64,000 nucleotides of DNA, from the NCBI RefSeq assembly GCF_009914755.1, contig NC_060934.1; one strand, written 5' to 3'. The position numbers and the translations under genes are program-made. The notes below the pieces were generated by a model that saw only the letters and a program-made list of their open reading frames with translations, was not told the origin of the DNA and made no database searches. Shown here one piece after another: positions 57,316 through 64,000 of this stretch. Within the stretch, counting starts at the first letter, position 1, and every line of letters starts with the position of its first letter. Source of the stretch: the human T2T-CHM13v2.0 reference genome, Homo sapiens.

Positions 57316-58012
57316 TGAGACCATATCTCATTGCAGTTTTAATAATAGCTGTGTTTAACAACAGACTTACAAAATTCCTGAGAATATTCATGGGCAAGCA
57401 GGCGCTCCCTGCAGCACACAACTGGGAGGTGGATGCAGGCTCCTCCTCACCTCCATCTTTGAAGTCCTGTTTTTCTTCGATCACTTGGGATTTTGAAGTC
57501 TTTCATCATGCCATGCCAACCGTCCCTTGGTGGCTCCACTCAGTGCTTATTCTGAACACTAAATTCTTTATTCTCTGACATATAACTGGCACAATGCTAT
57601 GTCATAGGCATTTACAGGTGGGAGGATGCAGTGTTTTATATTAAATACCTTCCAGAACTCAAAATTGAATATTGTTATGTGGCCACCCTGACCCTGGGAG
57701 TTCTCTCTGACCACCTATCTCCATGGAGCTTCTCTTTGACTCACTGACCACTCCCTCTTTTTTCTTCTTGTTTGTTCCTGACTAAAAAAATCCTATTTAT
57801 TCATTATACAAGAAATAGCAGTCAGCACTTGCCCCCAATCTCCTTCCAAAACATGTCCACATACCTTGAACTTTCACATCTAAAGAAGTTCATTGAGGTC
57901 TTTGTTTTATTTGTTTGAAAACAAATAATTTTCAGCCTAAGAGGAATCTGGAGCTATTTGGTACATTAATATTAATATTGCCAATGCTTACTATGGCAGC
58001 AAGTAAAGATAA

Positions 58013-58910
<898 letters not shown>

Positions 58911-59545
58911 GCAGAAATAACGGCAGATAAGGAGCATGTTATTATCAGAGACCACGACAACATAGTCCATTTTCTTAAAATTGAATAGTGGTTATAGAAT
59001 CAAATTTATGTGAATTACATATTTTCAAAAACATGGATAATTAAACCCGGCACTTTTGGATTCCTAAATATATTGCCCACCTTACATGTAAACAAACATG
59101 TTTTGTATCTTCAGTTATTTAATGCGAGTTTTTAACAAATCCAATTATTATGAGGTAGATCCAATAATTTTTCTTTCTAATTGTAAACCTAAAATTAGAG
59201 TTTGCAGATTCTCTTGAGACAGTCTTCAATTAAATATCATACTAATGCATTTTATGTAATTCATTCAATATACATATTATTAAAATAATATATTCCAGTC
59301 AGTGAGCTCAGCATGGGTCTACACAGATGAAAGATGTGCTTTCTCCCTTAGATAAGCCTATATTCCATTGAGGGAAGGAAAAATAAAAGAGGCAAAAGTC
59401 AGCAATCCCAGTTGAAAGAATCAGGGGAAATTTCTTCGGAAGAGATGGTGGAAGAACAATTGAGGGAGCTTGGGTATGGCCAGGCATGTAAGGAGTAAAA
59501 AAGGACCTTGTATGTTCTGTTGTGAGATTATCACAATTTGACCTA

Positions 59546-59848
<303 letters not shown>

Positions 59849-60024
59849 TACAATTTGACCTATTTTAAGAGGAACGTTACTTTTCTACATGTGTCCCTTA
59901 GAATGGAATGAATCTGAGGTAAGCAATAGAGCCAAGAGGACCAGTTAGGATAACATATAATAATCCAAGTGAAAATTCTGAGGCTCTGACTTAGTAACAG
60001 GAGGAATGGAAAGAAGAGGGGCAT

Positions 60025-60504
60025 GTGGCAGCCACAGAGGTGCACTCGGGTTTGCCTTCAAGAAAGGACTTGTTAAATCCCAAGGAGTACAGTTCCCCAA
60101 CCTCCTCTAGTGGCAATGTTCTGGGCATCTGCCATTGCACTGGAATTGAGTTTCCACTCACCCCATGTAGCCCTAAGCCAATGGCTGCACATGGCCACAA
60201 CACTAGGATTTAGCCGTTCTTGTCCAACTTTGTTCTCGTCTAATGGCCAGTCCTGAGGCTTAAGTTTCTTACTGAGTTGACCTAGACTTTTGTAGGTGCC
60301 AGGTTGTCTGAAACTTCATGCCTGATCCTGTTTCCTCTTCCCTTTCTCCTCTCCGATGTCAGATCTACAACAGAGTCTGAACATTCTTCCTGCCCAGTTC
60401 TGCTGCTTCTCTCCTCTATCTTTCACAAGCATTGCCCCTGAATAAACTGCTTGCACTCATGTCTCCATCTCAATCTCTACTTCCTGGGAAATGCACTTGC
60501 CACA
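60025..60504 (+). mobile_element. LTR16-family ERVL solo LTR
   Basis: tgtggcagccacagaggtgc…ccttcaagaaagg…aataaactgcttgcactc…cttcctgggaaatgcacttgccaca. Confidence 0.7.
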
Positions 60505-61044
60505 GGATATTTGAGAATAATTACAAGACAAAATTCACAGGAATGTTTGACTGGGCATAAAATAAGGATGATTCAAAGACAACACTGGCTTTCTGCTTGA
60601 ATGTTACTTCGGCTCACCAAAACAGGGTCACAGGAAAGAGAATGAGTCTGGACCTGGGAGGTTTGGGATGTGGTGAAACTGATTCCTGTGGGGTGTGCAA
60701 TAGACTGGCCCTGTAAGCAATTATAAACATAGGCTGAGGGCTCAGAAGAGAGCTCCCAGGTCTCTCTATATGTGTTAAGGAGGAATATCTTGTAGTTACA
60801 AGCATTTAGCTCACTAGCCCTGATTAATAGTGGTACAACTGTAAACTGCAACTGTTACACAATTCTACCATTAACATGAATATTTGTGGTTACTACTTGT
60901 AATTATATTGTGTTATACACAATACATCCATGTCTTCTCCAATTGAATAATAAGTAGTTAGCACGTAGACCCTACACCCAAAACAGAACTCTTCTGTTCA
61001 CTGGTTATATAAACTGGGGTAACATTGTTTTTAACATTGGTACA

Positions 61045-61205
61045 AACCGGGGTTAGAACACTTTTGTGCCTCAGTTTATTTTTCAGTTGTAAAATGGGAT
61101 CAAAATAGTACTGACCTCACAGAGTTGCTGTGAAGATGAAATGCAATAACAAGCCTTTAGAGGAGTGCCTGAAATGGAAATGTCTCTGCAAACCATTACA
61201 TGCTG
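61045..61205 (+). mobile_element. MIR fragment
   Basis: tgtgcctcagttt…tgtaaaatgggatcaaaatagtactgacctcacagagttgctgtgaagatgaaatg. Confidence 0.7.
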
Positions 61206-61240
61206 CTGTATCTCCTGTAGTGCCTAGCAGGGTGATTTTT

Positions 61241-61372
61241 GAGAGAGAGTGGGAGAAATAGAGAAGGAGAGAGAGAGAGGGAGACATGGAGAGAGAGAGG
61301 GAAAGAGAGCGGGGCAAGGACATGGAGAGAGAGGGAGAGAAAGAGAGAAAGGCAAGAAAAAGACAGAAAGGC
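61241..61372. repeat. GA-rich polypurine tract
   Basis: Seen directly. Confidence 0.85.
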
Positions 61373-61655
61373 TAAATGTAATATGTTTCCAGACAATAAA
61401 CCAGACACAAGTAAAAGGAAAAATAAGAGTTATTACCCTAAAGAACAGTATTTGTAAAGGTCAGTGCTACCTGGTTTAACTCCAAGCTGTTCTCTGCCAC
61501 ATCTCTCCCCCAGTTTCCTAGAATTCACAGCAAGGAAGGAGCAAGGGGGTAAATCCTCACAATCTCTGCCTAAGAACATTATTGTCAGGATCACTTTGCT
61601 TGTTCCTGTACCCCTGGGAAATTTTACAGTCATCTACTCCAGCACCCTCCATTTG

Positions 61656-62628
61656 TGTGATACTGTGAAATACGTATTTGGTCCTTAGCCCTGTTTCCTG
61701 GCATACACCTCCAAAAATCGTTGGAATATCCACGGTGATGTCTTTTGCACACTAATGAGATGACTGGTGGTTTGGTTCCCTAGGTGGCTTCAGGATGGGT
61801 GCTGGCCACTGAGAAAACCAAGGCAGCGTTAGAGGTTTGGGAATTCCAGCCCCACTCCACAACCTCTGGGGAGGCAAGAAGGGCTGAAGGTGATGACAGT
61901 TATTACCAATGACCAATGGTTTAATCAGACATGCCTACAGAATGAAGTCTCCATGAAAACTCAAAAGGACAGGGTTCAGGGAGACTCTGGATAGCTGAAC
62001 ATGTGGAGGTTGCAGAAGGTGGCACACAAGGAGAGCATGGGAGCTCCACACCCCTTCCAAAATCTCACCCTATGCATCTCTTCTGTATCCTTCATAATAG
62101 ATCAGTATGTTTGTTTTCCTGAGTTCTGAGAGCCACTCTGGCAAATTCATCAAACCCTAGGAGGGGGTCGTGGGATCCCCAATTTAGCCATTAGGTGAGC
62201 CCAAGCAAGGTGGCATCCATGCCAAAGTTGGGGAGCTGTAGTGGCATAGAGCAGAGTGTTGGAACCTGACCAGGTTCAGAAGGATGGGGAAGACTACCAG
62301 TTTGGGCTTTCAGAGCCCCAGAGTATGGGGTTTCATAGCCGTTTGGTCAGAAGCACGGGTAAAAACCTAGGGCTTGAGATAGGCACTGGAGGTGGAGGGC
62401 AGTCTTAGGACTGAGCTCTCAACCTACGGGATCTGATTCTACCTCCAGGTAGAGGGTGTCAGAATTGAATTGGATTGGTGGATACCCAGCTGGTGCCCAC
62501 TGCAGAGCTGACTGCTTGCTTACTGGTAGGGACAAAGGTCCACACATTGGGTCACAGAAGATATCTGTGTAGATTGCTGTTGAGTGAGAGAATTAACAAA
62601 TCAATTTGAATATGTGTTTCCTCCCCAC
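61656..62628 (+). mobile_element. MER21-family solo LTR with an internal ~150-bp insert
   Basis: tgtgatactgtgaaatacgtatttggtc…ggatagctgaacatgtggagg…ttggtcagaagcac…ggtcacagaag. Confidence 0.85.
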
Positions 62629-63099
62629 ACACGCACACGTATGTTTATTGCGGCACTATTCACAATAGCAAAGACTTGGAACCAACCCAAATGTCCAACA
62701 ATGATAGACTGGATTAAGAAAATGTGGCACATATACACCATGAAATACTATGCAGCCATAAAAATAATGAGTTCATGTCCTTTGTAGGGACATGGATGAA
62801 GCTGGAAACCATCATTCTCAGCAAACTATCCCAAGGACAAAAAACCAAACACCGCATGTTCTCACTCATAGGTGGGAATTGAACAATGAGAGCACATGGA
62901 CACAGGAAGGGGAACATCACACACCAGGGCCTGTTGTGGGGTGGGGGGAGGGGGGAGGCATAGCATTAGGTGTTATACCTAATGATCAATGACGAGTTAA
63001 TCGGTGCAGCACACCAACATGGCACATGTATACATATGTAACAAACCTGCACATTGTGCACATGTACCCTAAAACTTAAAGTATAACAACAAAAAAAAA
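62625..63099 (+). mobile_element. Young L1PA (about L1PA3-5) 3' end, 5' truncated
   Basis: cacacgtatgtttattgcggcactattcac…ggtgggaattgaacaatgag…G-rich tract 62938-62958…aaaacttaaagtataa plus A tail. Confidence 0.93.
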
Positions 63100-63167
63100 G
63101 AATCTGTGATCTGAGGCTCAATGGAAACGTAAGGTTTTACTTTGTCCCTTAATAGACTAATGGTGAC

Positions 63168-63313
63168 TTTTTTTTTTTTTTTTTTTTTTTTGAGACAGGG
63201 TCTTGCTCTGTCACCCTGGCTGAAGTGCAGTGGCGTGATCTTGGCTCACTGCAACCTCCACTTCCTGGGTTCAAGTGATTCTCCTGCCTCAGCCTCCTGA
63301 GTAGCTGGGATTA
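63168..63313 (-). mobile_element. Alu right-arm fragment
   Basis: T tail plus gagacagggtcttgctctgtcacc…gagtagctgggatta, then abrupt end. Confidence 0.9.
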
Positions 63314-64000
63314 TTCTTATAGGAAAAATGATTGAGTCACTGACAACTCAACAAAACCATTTTATCTGTTTTTATTTGTGTCACAACAAACTAACTGAAT
63401 TATATATGGTTATTTTTGCTAATCGGGACCAACGATAAAGCCTTAACTTTCATTCTAGGTCCTATCTTAAGGAGCCTAATTTGAATGCCAAGACAATTTA
63501 CACACTGGCCTCTTTCTTCCTCTCTTGAAAATACAATGCAATCACTGATATCAAGGTCATATTTTCCAACCCCTCTGTTAGAACATATGAACTGATAACG
63601 ATATTTTGTTCCATATAAGGCTGCCTGGAGATAGTCTAACAAAGTCAATGTATATACCAACATGTTGGAGTTTTGTGATATCTCAATCTTCAATGGACTA
63701 ATAAGATTGGATACTTGAATTAAAGCCTATCTGAAATTCTAGAGTAAATTGTCATTCTATGTGTGCAATCTAATCACTAACAACAATCCTACAATATTAA
63801 GTCATTCTATGTGAATGAACTCAGAGCCCGTATAGTAACTTACAGATAAAAATGCATATTACCGTAACCCAGTGACCAGTATATTTATAAACACTAGTAG
63901 CAGAAAATAAGTGCTTTGATGTTGTTCATACTACATATTCCTTGCAAGTAGTTCTACATTTCTTCAAATACTAAGTCTGTGCTCATTATTTTTAGTGTGT

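Overview
This 64-kb window is AT-rich, non-coding primate genomic DNA. Alu SINEs, THE1 LTRs and a young L1PA 3' end point to a simian, most likely human. I see no protein-coding exon, tRNA/rRNA gene, CpG island, CRISPR array or prokaryotic system; the ORF track is almost all repeat-derived or chance. Much of the window is interspersed repeat: 15 Alus, L1 (L1M to L1PA), L2, MIR, CR1/L3, ERV1/ERVL/MaLR solo LTRs, a decayed ERV-L provirus with gag, RNase H, integrase and dUTPase remnants, and Tigger/hAT DNA transposons. The structure that repeats do not explain is a set of local DNA copy events. These are a ~400-bp copy inserted 1.6 kb from its donor inside a ~72-bp duplication, a 39-bp copy 2.1 kb from its donor, a ~140-bp element present twice with an invariant forkhead-site core, a fold-back inversion in an L1, and a foreign ~150-bp insert in MER21. 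There are also nested LTR stacks and RFX X-box motifs in unique DNA. Repeat subfamily names come from my recall of consensus sequences, not from a database search, and the boundaries of old repeats are approximate. I found no evidence for a genuinely new biological system.
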